From Flavobacteriales bacterium (GTDB lineage Bacteria; Bacteroidota; Bacteroidia; Flavobacteriales_D; Sanyastnellaceae), in assembly GCA_044375415.1 (NCBI GenBank), contig JBILMS010000025.1, forward strand, positions 1-45,131: a DNA stretch of 45,131 bases, given 5' to 3'. How positions within the stretch are numbered: position 1 is the stretch's first letter; each line of letters opens with the position of its first letter. The notes beneath the pieces are model-generated. The model did not search any database and had not been told where the DNA came from. It saw nothing but the letters and a program-made list of their open reading frames with translations. The position numbers were made by a program, and so were the translations under genes. Below are positions 8,626 to 18,067 of the stretch, piece after piece.

Positions 8626-10569
8626 TCAAAGAACCCTCAACTCCGTACGTCGATTCTTCGCTCTTCCGGCTTCGGTGTCATTTGTATCGATCGGTGTTTT
8701 TTCGCCGTAGCCCACAGAAGTGAGACGTGTAGGATCAATGCCTCGTTTTACTAAATAGGCTACTACTTCGGCTGCACGTTTTTCGGAGAGCTTTTGATTG
8801 TCTTCATCCGAACCAACATTATCCGTATGACCGCCGATCTCAATTTTTAAACTCGCATTTTGTGTGAGCATCATATAGAGTTTATTCAATTCTACTTCCG
8901 ACGCGGGTAAGAGGAGGTAACTGTTTGTTTCAAAGAAAATATTATTCAAAACAATCCTTGAGTCTTCGGTGATCGGCTGCAATTTTACATCGAGCTTATA
9001 GGGTTCAATGCGATTGTAATTCTTCAATGAAAAATTCTCTGAGTGGAAGAGATAACTTTTTTTGTTTACGTTTAACGCGTAGTCTTTACCTCCGGGTATA
9101 CAGAAAAGGAACTCTCCCGACAAAGCATTACTATAAGATTCAACAACCGTTTTTCCGGTTTCTAAATCGATCAAATCAAACTTCGCTTCGAGATTTTTGG
9201 AAGTTACTGCATCTGTTACAATCCCGCGAACATAGGTAACTGCAGATGGACGAATTTCATCATATAATTCAAAACTGTATAGATCTAATCCGCCAAAACC
9301 TCCTTCGCGATCGGATGCAAAAAAAGCGAGCTCACCATCGGATGAAACCAACAAACTGTTTTCGTCTTTGAATGTGTTTATCGGATATCCCAGATTAACA
9401 GGTTTTCCCCAAGTCCCATCGGGTAACATACGCGACATGAAAATATCGAGACCTCCCATTCCGGAGTGACCATTAGAACTAAAAAACAAGGTCTTTCCAT
9501 CGGGGTGAATCATCACAGATTCTTCTTCGTAAGGTGTATTAACTTTTCCTGAAATAGGTACCGGTTTAGTCCAACTACCATCACCTGTGATATAAGCTAC
9601 ATAGATGTCTTGCTCCTTTATTCCCCCTCCTACAAATCGTCCACGAACAAAATAAAGTGTACGTCCATCGGCAGCAAAACTGGGCTGCGATTCCCACCCA
9701 TAACTGTTCACTACTTGACCAATGTTTTGTGGTTCAACCCACGCATTGCCTCGTTTGTAAGCATAAAACAAATCGCAACTTCCAACTCCTTCGCGAGTGC
9801 CACCCCAGTTGCCAGCAAGGTCTTCACATGCCGTAAAGATGATCACTTGTCCATCGGGCGAAAGGGTGGGAGCACCCTCGTTCATGGGAGTATTGATTTC
9901 GGTAATGGGAAGAACGTTTGTCCACGAATTATCTTTTTGGGTTGCTACATAAAAGTCTTCTTGCCGTCCATTAAAGGCCTGCGAATCTCTTACAAGTCGT
10001 GTAAAAAGAAGTGTACTTCCATCGGCTGTTACACAAGGATAGTATTCACTTTGGTCGGTATTTACTTCGTTACCCAAATTTTTTGGTTCAAAAGGCACAG
10101 GGTACTGAAGAGCTTCTTTTGCAAATGCACAACTCGATAAAATTAAACGTGCGAGATCTTCCTTTTTTTTATTGCTATCGGGCAGTTGAATGTACTTCAT
10201 TGCAGCATTTTCTGCCGCTATGTAATTGCCTATCGACTGTTCACATTGGGCGAGGGTAAGCCAGCCATCGACAAAAAAACGCTCGTTGATGTTTAGACCT
10301 TTTTCCAACCAAGTAATCGCTAAATCCATTTGCTTGGTATCTCCGTATATCTGAGCTAACAACAAATGGGGTTCAATAAAGTCCGGATATTTCTGAACTA
10401 GGTCCATCAAATCGCCGATAGTTCCGCTCACGTCACCGAGTTCGTAAGTAGCCATCGCTTCTTCATATTTCTTGATCGCTTTTTTGTCATCAATGGAATA
10501 ACGAGGGCCCGGCTGAGCAATTACATTCAAGTTCAAAAAAGCAATAAAAAGGACAAGGAAATATCTCAT
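8626..10569 (-). CDS. OmpA family protein with TPR and TolB-like (PD40) beta-propeller repeats
   Basis: Signal peptide MRYFLVLFIAFLNLNVIAQ. TPR region. Multiple PD40-like repeats. Canonical OmpA C-terminus NASLKIEIGGHTDNVGSDEDNQKLSEKRAAEVVAYL...GYGEKTPIDTNDTEAGRAKNRRTELRVL. Confidence 0.8.
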   Translation of the reverse strand: MRYFLVLFIAFLNLNVIAQPGPRYSIDDKKAIKKYEEAMATYELGDVSGTIGDLMDLVQKYPDFIEPHLLLAQIYGDTKQMDLAITWLEKGLNINERFFVDGWLTLAQCEQSIGNYIAAENAAMKYIQLPDSNKKKEDLARLILSSCAFAKEALQYPVPFEPKNLGNEVNTDQSEYYPCVTADGSTLLFTRLVRDSQAFNGRQEDFYVATQKDNSWTNVLPITEINTPMNEGAPTLSPDGQVIIFTACEDLAGNWGGTREGVGSCDLFYAYKRGNAWVEPQNIGQVVNSYGWESQPSFAADGRTLYFVRGRFVGGGIKEQDIYVAYITGDGSWTKPVPISGKVNTPYEEESVMIHPDGKTLFFSSNGHSGMGGLDIFMSRMLPDGTWGKPVNLGYPINTFKDENSLLVSSDGELAFFASDREGGFGGLDLYSFELYDEIRPSAVTYVRGIVTDAVTSKNLEAKFDLIDLETGKTVVESYSNALSGEFLFCIPGGKDYALNVNKKSYLFHSENFSLKNYNRIEPYKLDVKLQPITEDSRIVLNNIFFETNSYLLLPASEVELNKLYMMLTQNASLKIEIGGHTDNVGSDEDNQKLSEKRAAEVVAYLVKRGIDPTRLTSVGYGEKTPIDTNDTEAGRAKNRRTELRVL

Positions 10570-10689
10570 GGTTTCTATTTAATCAAGTATTGGGCCGAAT
10601 ATCCATACGAATACACAGTCAACGGGTTCGTCCTGCATTTGTTTCACATAGAAGAGTGTTGACAAAACACGGCCACTATCCTTGTAATA

Positions 10690-11196
10690 TTGCCTCCGAT
10701 GAAAAGAATTGGTTTGATATCGGATACTCATGGCTATCTCGATCCGGCAGTGGAAAAACATTTTACCACTTGCGATGAGATATGGCATGCCGGCGATATT
10801 GGCGATTTTGCTGTGATCGAAGCACTTTCATCCATAAAACCGGTCAAAGCTGTTTATGGAAATATTGACGGTACAGAATTCAGAAAAGAGTTTCCTGAAC
10901 ATCTTCGAATAACTGTCGAAGGAGTAGATGTTTGGATGACTCACATTGGAGGTAGGCCGGGCAATTATGCTCTTCCGGTGAGGGCGGGTTTAAAGACAAA
11001 TCCACCGAAATTATTCATCTGCGGACATTCACACCTTTGTTTGGTTCAGATGGATAAGACAAATGGTTTCTTATATATGAATCCGGGAGCTGCAGGCAAA
11101 CATGGTTTTCATAAAGTGAGAACCATTCTTCGATTTGGATTGCACGAAGGAATGGTAAAAGATCTTCAGGTGATAGAACTAGGTCCTAGAGCTTAG
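10690..11196 (+). CDS. Metallophosphoesterase, YfcE/MJ0936 family
   Basis: GLISDTHG motif. GD..D and GHSH metal-binding motifs. 168 aa. Confidence 0.75.
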   Translation: MPPMKRIGLISDTHGYLDPAVEKHFTTCDEIWHAGDIGDFAVIEALSSIKPVKAVYGNIDGTEFRKEFPEHLRITVEGVDVWMTHIGGRPGNYALPVRAGLKTNPPKLFICGHSHLCLVQMDKTNGFLYMNPGAAGKHGFHKVRTILRFGLHEGMVKDLQVIELGPRA

Positions 11197-12041
11197 TCCC
11201 CTTCAGGAATTTTGGCTAACAAAACCCTGAAATCACTCATCATCACCCATAATTTTTGAATCACTTGTTCAGTTGCTTCCACTTCTCTCCGTTTCCCGAT
11301 GCTTGGTCCGGTATAAAAAAACTCTTCCGGATTGGCATCATAAAAACGAGTCTGACTGTTTTCCAACTGGGTTAACGTTTGGCCGTAAACTTTATGAGCT
11401 GCCTGCATTTCGGAGATGAATTTGTATCTATTCCTGTAACCATCCGATTTTTTATCGGGATGAAGAGCCAGCGTTCGTTGAAGTTGATCGGCAATGATTC
11501 GCCCCTGAAGCATCAACGAATCGGATAGGTCTTCAATAATCGGTGAGAGCGAATCGGCGTATTCACTAAGTAACCACTTTTTGATTTCGAAATACTTACA
11601 CAATGAATCAAATTCGAATCTGGTTCTATCTCGTTCCTTTTTAGTGCTGTCGATCAAATTCTCCAATTCCTTAGACATGAATTGCGCACTTATTCTTTTT
11701 TTCTTGCTTTTCAGTTTAGTCTGACAGAGGGCAAGGCTTGTATCATTTACAAATTTCAAAATGAGAACTTCTTCTTCAACTTGTTTGAAAAGCGAGTCTA
11801 ATAAGGGGTAAGGGTGGGAAGATTTATCAATCAGCTCAAACTTTAGTCCTTGAAAAAAAGCATGACGTTGATTGTACCAACCAAATGGAATTACACTTTC
11901 ATGATTCCATTTTTCGTTGAGTTTACAGAAACGTTTATGAACTTTTGAGGGACGCTTCTGAGCATACAAAGGAGAATGATGGGCCCAAAGAAAAATCAAT
12001 ACCACCAAAGCAGAAAGGTTGGCAAATGACACTCTGTTCAT
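11193..12041 (-). CDS. Hypothetical secreted protein
   Basis: N-terminal signal-like MNRVSFANLSALVVLIFLWAHHSPLYAQ. Charged and probably alpha-helical. No family recognised. Confidence 0.45.
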   Translation of the reverse strand: MNRVSFANLSALVVLIFLWAHHSPLYAQKRPSKVHKRFCKLNEKWNHESVIPFGWYNQRHAFFQGLKFELIDKSSHPYPLLDSLFKQVEEEVLILKFVNDTSLALCQTKLKSKKKRISAQFMSKELENLIDSTKKERDRTRFEFDSLCKYFEIKKWLLSEYADSLSPIIEDLSDSLMLQGRIIADQLQRTLALHPDKKSDGYRNRYKFISEMQAAHKVYGQTLTQLENSQTRFYDANPEEFFYTGPSIGKRREVEATEQVIQKLWVMMSDFRVLLAKIPEGD

Positions 12042-12511
12042 CGAATGCGGTCAACAGACTTTACCAGTGCTTCATCTTTTTTGATAGCAGCCATGGCCAA
12101 TAAATTGAATACTAAAGAAGGTATTACCAGAAAAAAACTAACCTTGTACGTCAATTCGTATCCCGTATTAATGCTCATTGTGAGCACTTTATTTACAAAC
12201 ATGAATTGAAGGACGGCGATACTTACTAGAAAAATACTGGTGAAACGAGCGATTTTGAGCTGTTTTTTGCGGTTTTTGAAAAGGAAAATACTCGCCAAAA
12301 ATGAAAGAAGTGCTAAAGCCAGAGGTGGAGACAGCAACATATTGGGTGTACTTTCTTCTTTTCCTGCAATGATCTGCTTATATAGATAGAGATCACCACC
12401 ATCGGGCATTTCCGGAATCACATTGCTGAAATGTCCGAGAGGTACAAAAAACACCAAACCAATGAGTATGGCACCAGCAAGGAAATAAAGAGTTTGTTTT
12501 CGTTGAATCAT
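12038..12511 (-). CDS. Small integral membrane protein (DUF4293-like), conserved neighbour of rho in Bacteroidota
   Basis: Four predicted TM segments. 4-nt overlap with the downstream gene. The DUF4293 assignment is from recollection of rho-adjacent synteny, not a search. Confidence 0.45.
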   Translation of the reverse strand: MIQRKQTLYFLAGAILIGLVFFVPLGHFSNVIPEMPDGGDLYLYKQIIAGKEESTPNMLLSPPLALALLSFLASIFLFKNRKKQLKIARFTSIFLVSIAVLQFMFVNKVLTMSINTGYELTYKVSFFLVIPSLVFNLLAMAAIKKDEALVKSVDRIR

Positions 12512-12559
12512 AACGTTTACTGAGATTGCTGCAAACCTAGCGAATTTACTCGAATCAAG

Positions 12560-12800
12560 CCATAGAGATTATCCCCCTAATTCATCCAAACAAGACTTAC
12601 GATTATGGATTTCATTCGTGAATTCGCGGCACAAATAATTAGAATAATTCCCTTGAGCAGCGCGATCTAAACTAGAATCACCCAATAGAGATTATCCCCC
12701 AAATTCATCCAAACAAGACTTACGCTTATGGACTACATTCGTGAATTCGTGGCATATAAAATTGAAAAAAGTTCCCTTGCACAGATCTAAATAAGCTTGC
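12560..12800. repeat. Tandem duplication (2 x ~118 bp, ~88% identical) in the rho upstream region
   Basis: Copy 1 is ATAGAGATTATCCCCCTAATTCATCCAAACAAGACTTACGATTATGGATTTCATTCGTGAATTCGCGGCACAAATAATT... Copy 2 is ATAGAGATTATCCCCCAAATTCATCCAAACAAGACTTACGCTTATGGACTACATTCGTGAATTCGTGGCATATAAAATT... Both are C-rich and G-poor at the 5' end. Confidence 0.8.
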
Positions 12801-13027
12801 ATCTTCTTGTGCCTTCTATCTAAAATAATTCTAAATTGTCTGAAAGAATTAAGAGTAAAAGCCGCGATATCAACAGGATAAAAAAAATATTGTGTCTTTC
12901 GGTAATTTTGTCATACACTTGCGGCGTCCAAACTGGATAGTCCATCCGGCGATCTAATTTTCAAAGCACTATTTTATTTTCTCTTTCAAGTCAATAAAAC
13001 TACTTACTGTAATTATAATATTCATTT

Positions 13028-14818
13028 ATGTACGATATCATCAAGCTTAACGCGATGAAAGTGGGTGAGCTAAAAGAGCTCGCTGAGCAAATGGAAATCT
13101 CCAATGCTGACAAACTCAAAAAACAAGATTTGATTTATAAAATCTTAGATGTGCAGGCCTTAAAAACTTGGACTTCTACGGTGGAACCTAAATCAGAAAT
13201 AGTGCAAGAGGCTGCTCCCGCCGACGATAAGCTGAAGAAACGTCCAAAGAAATCAAAGGACCAAGAACCAATATCTGAACAAGTTGATATTCCCAGCGCT
13301 CCGGTCCAAGAACAGTTGGAATTCGATAAGGAACCCAAAGAAGAAGTAGCCGGAAATATTCGAAATCCGGAGGAAAGAACTCAGCAAGCTCCTCAGCAAC
13401 AGCGACCCTTGTTGCACAAACCACGTCCGGAGCTGCAGAACCAAAATCAAAACCCTAATCCCAGCCAGAATCCAAATCAGGGGAATAATCAGAACCCAAA
13501 CCAGAATCCTAACCAAAACAGGGAATTTAGGGACCAAAACAGACCAAATCGTCCGAATAACCCTAATAATCCGAATACACCGCAAAATCCCAACAATCCA
13601 AATCACCCCAATCATCCAAATAATCCGAATAACCAGAATAATCCCAATATTGCTCGTCCGGATCGTTCAAAACGCGGTCAACCCGACGAACACGGCTATA
13701 ATTTCGATGGACTGGTTTTAGCAGAAGGTGTCTTGGAAATTATGCCCGATGGCTTTGGTTTTATGCGTTCTGCCGATTTCAATTATCTGAATTCACCGGA
13801 TGATATTTATGTGTCACAGCAACAAATAAAATTGTACGGATTACTTACAGGTGACACTGTTCGCGGTTCCATTCGTCCGCCAAGAGAAGGGGAGAAGTAC
13901 TTTCCTTTAATTAGCATCGAAAGCATCAATGGTCGCGACCCTTCCTATGTTCGGGATCGTGTTCCTTTCAAATTCCTTACGCCGCTTTTCCCAAATGAGC
14001 GTTTCCGCATTGCCGACAACAATCCGAATATCTCCATGCGAATCATGGACCTTTTTGCACCTATCGGTAAAGGTCAACGTGGAATGATTGTTTCACAACC
14101 AAAAACAGGTAAAACCACCTTGCTCAAGGATGTGGCTAATGCCATTGCGCAAAATCACCCTGAGACCTATTTAATTGTATTGCTTATAGATGAACGTCCT
14201 GAAGAGGTAACTGATATGAAACGCAGCGTAAAAGCTGAGGTAGTTTCTTCGACTTTCGATGAGCCGGCAGAAAAACACGTGCGTATCGCCAACATCGTGC
14301 TTGAGAAAGCAAAAAGATTGGTCGAGTGCGGACATGACGTATGTATTTTGCTCGATTCTATTACCCGTTTGGCTCGTGCTTACAATACCGTTGCCCCATC
14401 TAGTGGTAAGGTATTGTCGGGTGGTGTGGAAGCCAATGCTCTCGAAAAACCGAAGCGTTTCTTCGGTGCTGCTCGTAAGATCGAAAACGGAGGATCTTTA
14501 TCCATCATAGCTACAGCCCTTGTAGATACCGGTTCCAAAATGGACGAAGTAATCTTTGAAGAATTTAAGGGAACGGGTAATATGGAATTGCAACTCGACC
14601 GTCGTATTTCCAACAGAAGGATTTTCCCCGCTATCGATATTCTTACCTCCGGTACTCGCCGCGAAGACCTTTTACACGATAAAGATATCCTTCAAAGAAT
14701 GTGGATTTTACGCAGACACTTGGCCGACATGAATCCTCAGGAAGCTATGGAGTTTGTGAAAGAACGTATTGAGCGAACCAGGGATAATGATGAGTTCCTC
14801 ATTTCGATGAACGGCTAA
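13028..14818 (+). CDS. rho: Transcription termination factor Rho with long N/Q/P-rich low-complexity N-terminal insertion
   Basis: Walker [17 protein letters not shown]. Conserved RNA-binding and ATPase domains. Residues ~135-215 are [27 protein letters not shown]...[21 protein letters not shown]. Confidence 0.9.
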   Translation: MYDIIKLNAMKVGELKELAEQMEISNADKLKKQDLIYKILDVQALKTWTSTVEPKSEIVQEAAPADDKLKKRPKKSKDQEPISEQVDIPSAPVQEQLEFDKEPKEEVAGNIRNPEERTQQAPQQQRPLLHKPRPELQNQNQNPNPSQNPNQGNNQNPNQNPNQNREFRDQNRPNRPNNPNNPNTPQNPNNPNHPNHPNNPNNQNNPNIARPDRSKRGQPDEHGYNFDGLVLAEGVLEIMPDGFGFMRSADFNYLNSPDDIYVSQQQIKLYGLLTGDTVRGSIRPPREGEKYFPLISIESINGRDPSYVRDRVPFKFLTPLFPNERFRIADNNPNISMRIMDLFAPIGKGQRGMIVSQPKTGKTTLLKDVANAIAQNHPETYLIVLLIDERPEEVTDMKRSVKAEVVSSTFDEPAEKHVRIANIVLEKAKRLVECGHDVCILLDSITRLARAYNTVAPSSGKVLSGGVEANALEKPKRFFGAARKIENGGSLSIIATALVDTGSKMDEVIFEEFKGTGNMELQLDRRISNRRIFPAIDILTSGTRREDLLHDKDILQRMWILRRHLADMNPQEAMEFVKERIERTRDNDEFLISMNG

Positions 14819-14830
14819 TTTTCCCTCGCT

Positions 14831-15397
14831 TTGAAGAAGTTTTTTTCATCCGCATTTTGGCTACCACTTTTGTGCGCTTTGACATGGCTCGGAATCCGAT
14901 GGTGGTATTCTGCAACATTCGTTGAATACGATGTTGAAAAAGCCAGGATGGTAGGCGTTTTTCTCAATTTGTTTTTTATCCTTCTTCTCATAGCATTGGG
15001 CATTTTTGTTTTTCACAAAAACAATCAAGATCAATCTTCACTCGGAAGATTTAAGCATTTGGTACGACTGCCGTTAGCTTATTCATTTTTTGTAACCGTG
15101 GCTATGTTTACATACTACAGTTATCTCTCCAACGAGTTACAATTGAAAAAGGAAAGGGACATTCAAAAGTTGGAACTCCTCCTCGCAGATGAAGAAGGAA
15201 TGAAACAGCAACGAGCGGAGAACATGAATTTGCAGGAGATGTCCAATGAGCAAATCAGAGATCAGGGTATCAATAAAACCAACTCTATGACGAGTCCAAA
15301 AGTGGTTACCTCTCTGGGCTTTTTAATGTTGGTCTTATCCAGTGTGGCTTACTCTGTTTTAGCTATGTTGTTGACGTCCTTACTATTAAAAAGATAA
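14831..15397 (+). CDS. Hypothetical membrane protein with central coiled-coil
   Basis: Two N-terminal TM helices, charged helical middle (KKERDIQKLELLLADEEGMKQQRAENMNLQEM), C-terminal TM helix. True start may be the internal Met (MVGVF...). Confidence 0.4.
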   Translation: MKKFFSSAFWLPLLCALTWLGIRWWYSATFVEYDVEKARMVGVFLNLFFILLLIALGIFVFHKNNQDQSSLGRFKHLVRLPLAYSFFVTVAMFTYYSYLSNELQLKKERDIQKLELLLADEEGMKQQRAENMNLQEMSNEQIRDQGINKTNSMTSPKVVTSLGFLMLVLSSVAYSVLAMLLTSLLLKR

Positions 15398-15499
15398 GGG
15401 CGTTTGTAGGTAAAAGCAATATTTCAGAACACAGGCAGTTAAACAGCGGAGTTTTTATGTTACCAACTACCTACTTATTTTTGAAAAATTAAATAAGCT

Positions 15500-16219
15500 A
15501 TGAGATCGCTGTTCATTTTTCTATTCGTACCGTTATTTTTTTGTGCGACCTCAGCCGTTGCGCAAAAGGGCAAAGGATCGAGAAATTTGCAGCAATTCGA
15601 CAACAAGCCCTATCACTTCGGCTTTCTCTTGTCTACCAACACATCGTCGTTTTTTATCGATTACAAACCTGATTTTACGTTTAACGATTCCCTTTTAAGA
15701 ATCGATAATGTTCCACAATCGGGTTTTAATCTGGCTTTGTTGGCTTCCTACAATTTGACTAAAAACGTGAATTTCCGCTTTATTCCGGGCTTATCTTTTC
15801 AGGATAGAGGATTGGAGTACACTTTTTTAAGGGATAATGCGAAAACGGAAACGATGCTGAAGATCGTGCAGTCGGTTTGGTTGGAATTTCCTATTCTGAT
15901 AAAACTTCGTACCAATCGCGTTGGAAACTTCGCTGCTTATGCGTTGATAGGAGGGAAGTACGGCATGGATATGCAGTCTCAAAAAGACGTAAATAATGCT
16001 GTAGCAGGCGATATAATTGTAAAACTAAAGGATCGGGATTACTCCATCGATGCTGGTGCCGGCTTTGATTTTTTCCTCCCTTATTTCAAATTTGCCATTG
16101 AATTCAAAACGGCATTCGGACTAACAAACGTTTTGTTCGAAGAAGATCAACCCTTCTCTGCGCCCATCGAAAGCCTGCGCACCAGGACGTTTGTTGTGTC
16201 CTTTTCGTTTGAAGGATAA
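15500..16219 (+). CDS. Outer-membrane beta-barrel protein (small porin / PorT-like family)
   Basis: Signal peptide MRSLFIFLFVPLFFCATSAVAQ. Alternating amphipathic beta-strand pattern. Aromatic-rich C-terminus FVVSFSFEG. 239 aa. Confidence 0.5.
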   Translation: MRSLFIFLFVPLFFCATSAVAQKGKGSRNLQQFDNKPYHFGFLLSTNTSSFFIDYKPDFTFNDSLLRIDNVPQSGFNLALLASYNLTKNVNFRFIPGLSFQDRGLEYTFLRDNAKTETMLKIVQSVWLEFPILIKLRTNRVGNFAAYALIGGKYGMDMQSQKDVNNAVAGDIIVKLKDRDYSIDAGAGFDFFLPYFKFAIEFKTAFGLTNVLFEEDQPFSAPIESLRTRTFVVSFSFEG

Positions 16220-16246
16220 GAGCACTTTCTTCTCAATTCAATTATT

Positions 16247-16470
16247 CAATATGCCAATTAGCCAATGTGCCAATTAGCCAATGTGCCAATGTGGTTCGAG
16301 TTTTCGGAGTAGTTTTCGGTTTTAATAATCGCTATCGTTTTGTCGGAGATTATAAATTGGCACATCAGCACATTAGCCCATTAGCCCATTAGCACATTAT
16401 AAAGTGCAGAGACATTTCAGGTGAAGACTCCCCCCATTCCTAATTTATAATTCCTAATTCCTAATTCACC
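16247..16470. repeat. Three blocks of short tandem 8-mers in the pyrR upstream region
   Basis: Block 1: GCCAATTA-GCCAATGT-GCCAATTA-GCCAATGT-GCCAATGT (16247-16290). Block 2: GCACATCA-GCACATTA-GCCCATTA-GCCCATTA-GCACATTA (16350-16390). Block 3: (TTCCTAAT)x3 (16436-16468). Confidence 0.75.
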
Positions 16471-16474
16471 TCCC

Positions 16475-16482
16475 TATATTTG
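16475..16482 (+). promoter_or_regulatory. Candidate Bacteroidota sigmaA -7 element TATATTTG (TAnnTTTG) just upstream of pyrR
   Basis: Exact match to the Bacteroidetes -7 consensus, 7 nt before the ATG, implying a very short leader. No clear -33 TTTG partner found. Confidence 0.2.
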
Positions 16483-16489
16483 CCCTCCA

Positions 16490-17035
16490 ATGAAACCCGT
16501 TACCCTGATTGACACCGAGCTCTTTGGGCTGATTCTTCAGCGTTTAGGTTATCAATTGATTGAAAATCACAACGATTTTTCGAGTTGCGTGATTTTGGGT
16601 TTGCAACCTCGAGGGATTTTTCTTCAAGATGCAATGGTCAAAAAGCTGATGGAAATTGCTCCAAAGGCGAAAATTCAATCGGGAACTTTAGATCCAACTT
16701 TTTATCGAGATGACTTCAGAATCGCTGAAAAGCAATTGATTGCGCGAAGTACAGAGATCCCATTTTCAATCGAAAACAAAGATGTGGTTTTGATCGATGA
16801 TGTATTGTACACCGGGCGCACTATTAGGGCGGGCTTGGAGGCGATGCTCGAGCATGGCAGACCAAGACGAGTAGAATTGATGGTTTTGATTGATCGTCGA
16901 TTTACCCGCGAATTGCCCATCGAACCGAAATATGTTGGAAAAAGTATAGACAGCTACGATAATCAAAAGGTGCTTGTATCGTGGAAACACGGAGGAGCGC
17001 CGGATTCAGTTCAATTGCTTACCGGAAAATCATGA
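16490..17035 (+). CDS. pyrR: Bifunctional pyrimidine operon regulator / uracil phosphoribosyltransferase PyrR
   Basis: PRPP-binding motif VVLIDDVLYTGRTIRA. 181 aa. Stop overlaps the pyrB start (ATGA). Confidence 0.85.
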   Translation: MKPVTLIDTELFGLILQRLGYQLIENHNDFSSCVILGLQPRGIFLQDAMVKKLMEIAPKAKIQSGTLDPTFYRDDFRIAEKQLIARSTEIPFSIENKDVVLIDDVLYTGRTIRAGLEAMLEHGRPRRVELMVLIDRRFTRELPIEPKYVGKSIDSYDNQKVLVSWKHGGAPDSVQLLTGKS

Positions 17036-17979
17036 AAGATCAGTTGAGCGTAAAACATCTCCTTGGAATCAAGGATCTTGCGTCGAAAGACATCGAGATT
17101 ATTTTTTCGCAGGCCGATGAATTCAAGGAAGTTTTATCTCGCCCGATAAAAAAGGTTCCAACCTTAAGACATATTACTGTAGCCAACGTTTTTTACGAAA
17201 ATTCTACGCGAACTAGATTAAGTTTTGAATTAGCCGAAAAGAGACTATCGGCCGATGTGGTCAATTTCTCTACCGGCACTTCGTCCGTAAAGAAGGGTGA
17301 AACCTTGATCGACACGGTCAACAATATTTTGGCCATGAAAGTGGACATGGTCGTAATGCGTCATTCTGCTCCGGGAGCCTGTAAATTTCTCAGTGAGAAT
17401 GTTGATGCCTCTATTTTAAATGCAGGTGATGGAACTCATGAACATCCTACACAAGCATTACTCGATGCGTATTCAATTCGCGAAAGATTAGGTTCGGTAA
17501 AGGGTAAAAAAGTGGCAATTGTAGGAGACATTACCCATTCGCGAGTAGCCCTGTCAAACATCTTTTGTCTTCAAAAATTAGGAGCGGAAGTCATGGTCTG
17601 CGGCCCCACAACACTTGTGCCAAAACACATTGAAAGACTTGGAGTAAAGGTTGAGCACAATCTACTTAATGCATTGGAATGGTGTGATGTGGCCAATATG
17701 CTTAGAATCCAACTGGAGCGTCAGGAAGGAGGGGTCCGTCACTTCCCAAGTCTGCGAGAATACTCCCTTCAATTTGGCCTCAACAAGGAAATTCTCGAGA
17801 GACTGTCGCATAAAATTACTGTCATGCACCCCGGGCCCATAAACAGGGGTGTGGAGATCACCAGTGATGTTGCCGATAGTGACCAAAGTATCATTCTTGA
17901 TCAGGTCGAAAATGGTGTGGCTATTCGTATGGCAGTCATATATCTCTTGGCTCAATCTACCGGCCATAAGCCTGAATAA
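17032..17979 (+). CDS. pyrB: Aspartate carbamoyltransferase catalytic subunit
   Basis: STRTR and HPTQ motifs. Start taken at ATG 17032 (MKDQLSVKHLLG), 4-nt overlap with pyrR, rather than the upstream GTG at 16981. Confidence 0.85.
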   Translation: MKDQLSVKHLLGIKDLASKDIEIIFSQADEFKEVLSRPIKKVPTLRHITVANVFYENSTRTRLSFELAEKRLSADVVNFSTGTSSVKKGETLIDTVNNILAMKVDMVVMRHSAPGACKFLSENVDASILNAGDGTHEHPTQALLDAYSIRERLGSVKGKKVAIVGDITHSRVALSNIFCLQKLGAEVMVCGPTTLVPKHIERLGVKVEHNLLNALEWCDVANMLRIQLERQEGGVRHFPSLREYSLQFGLNKEILERLSHKITVMHPGPINRGVEITSDVADSDQSIILDQVENGVAIRMAVIYLLAQSTGHKPE

Positions 17980-18067
17980 CCCTTTTTTAACAACAACTTT
18001 GTGAACGAAATGTGTGAAATAACGGCACATAACCTTAATTTTGCTTACTTTTGACAAAAGCACCCTT

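Noticed and set aside
8139-8754. Short ORFs 8139..8339(-), 8504..8710(+), 8536..8754(+)
   Set aside because: They lie within or overlap the GC-rich repeat units or the 3' end of the OmpA gene. Their reading frames are not conserved between repeat copies.
9610-10259. 176-aa and 82-aa plus-strand ORFs antisense to the OmpA/TPR gene
   Set aside because: They are embedded in a well-supported gene with clear domain homology. They have no independent signals.
13253-13615. 120-aa minus-strand ORF (and 13188..13424, 13135..13338) antisense to rho
   Set aside because: They lie entirely inside the low-complexity NPN-repeat coding region of rho. Their translations are low-complexity and hydrophobic, an artefact of repetitive sequence.
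16981-17031. GTG 16981 as the pyrB start (17-aa N-terminal extension overlapping pyrR)
   Set aside because: ATG 17032 gives the canonical PyrB N-terminus and a 4-nt ATGA coupling overlap with pyrR. The extension would overlap 55 nt of pyrR.
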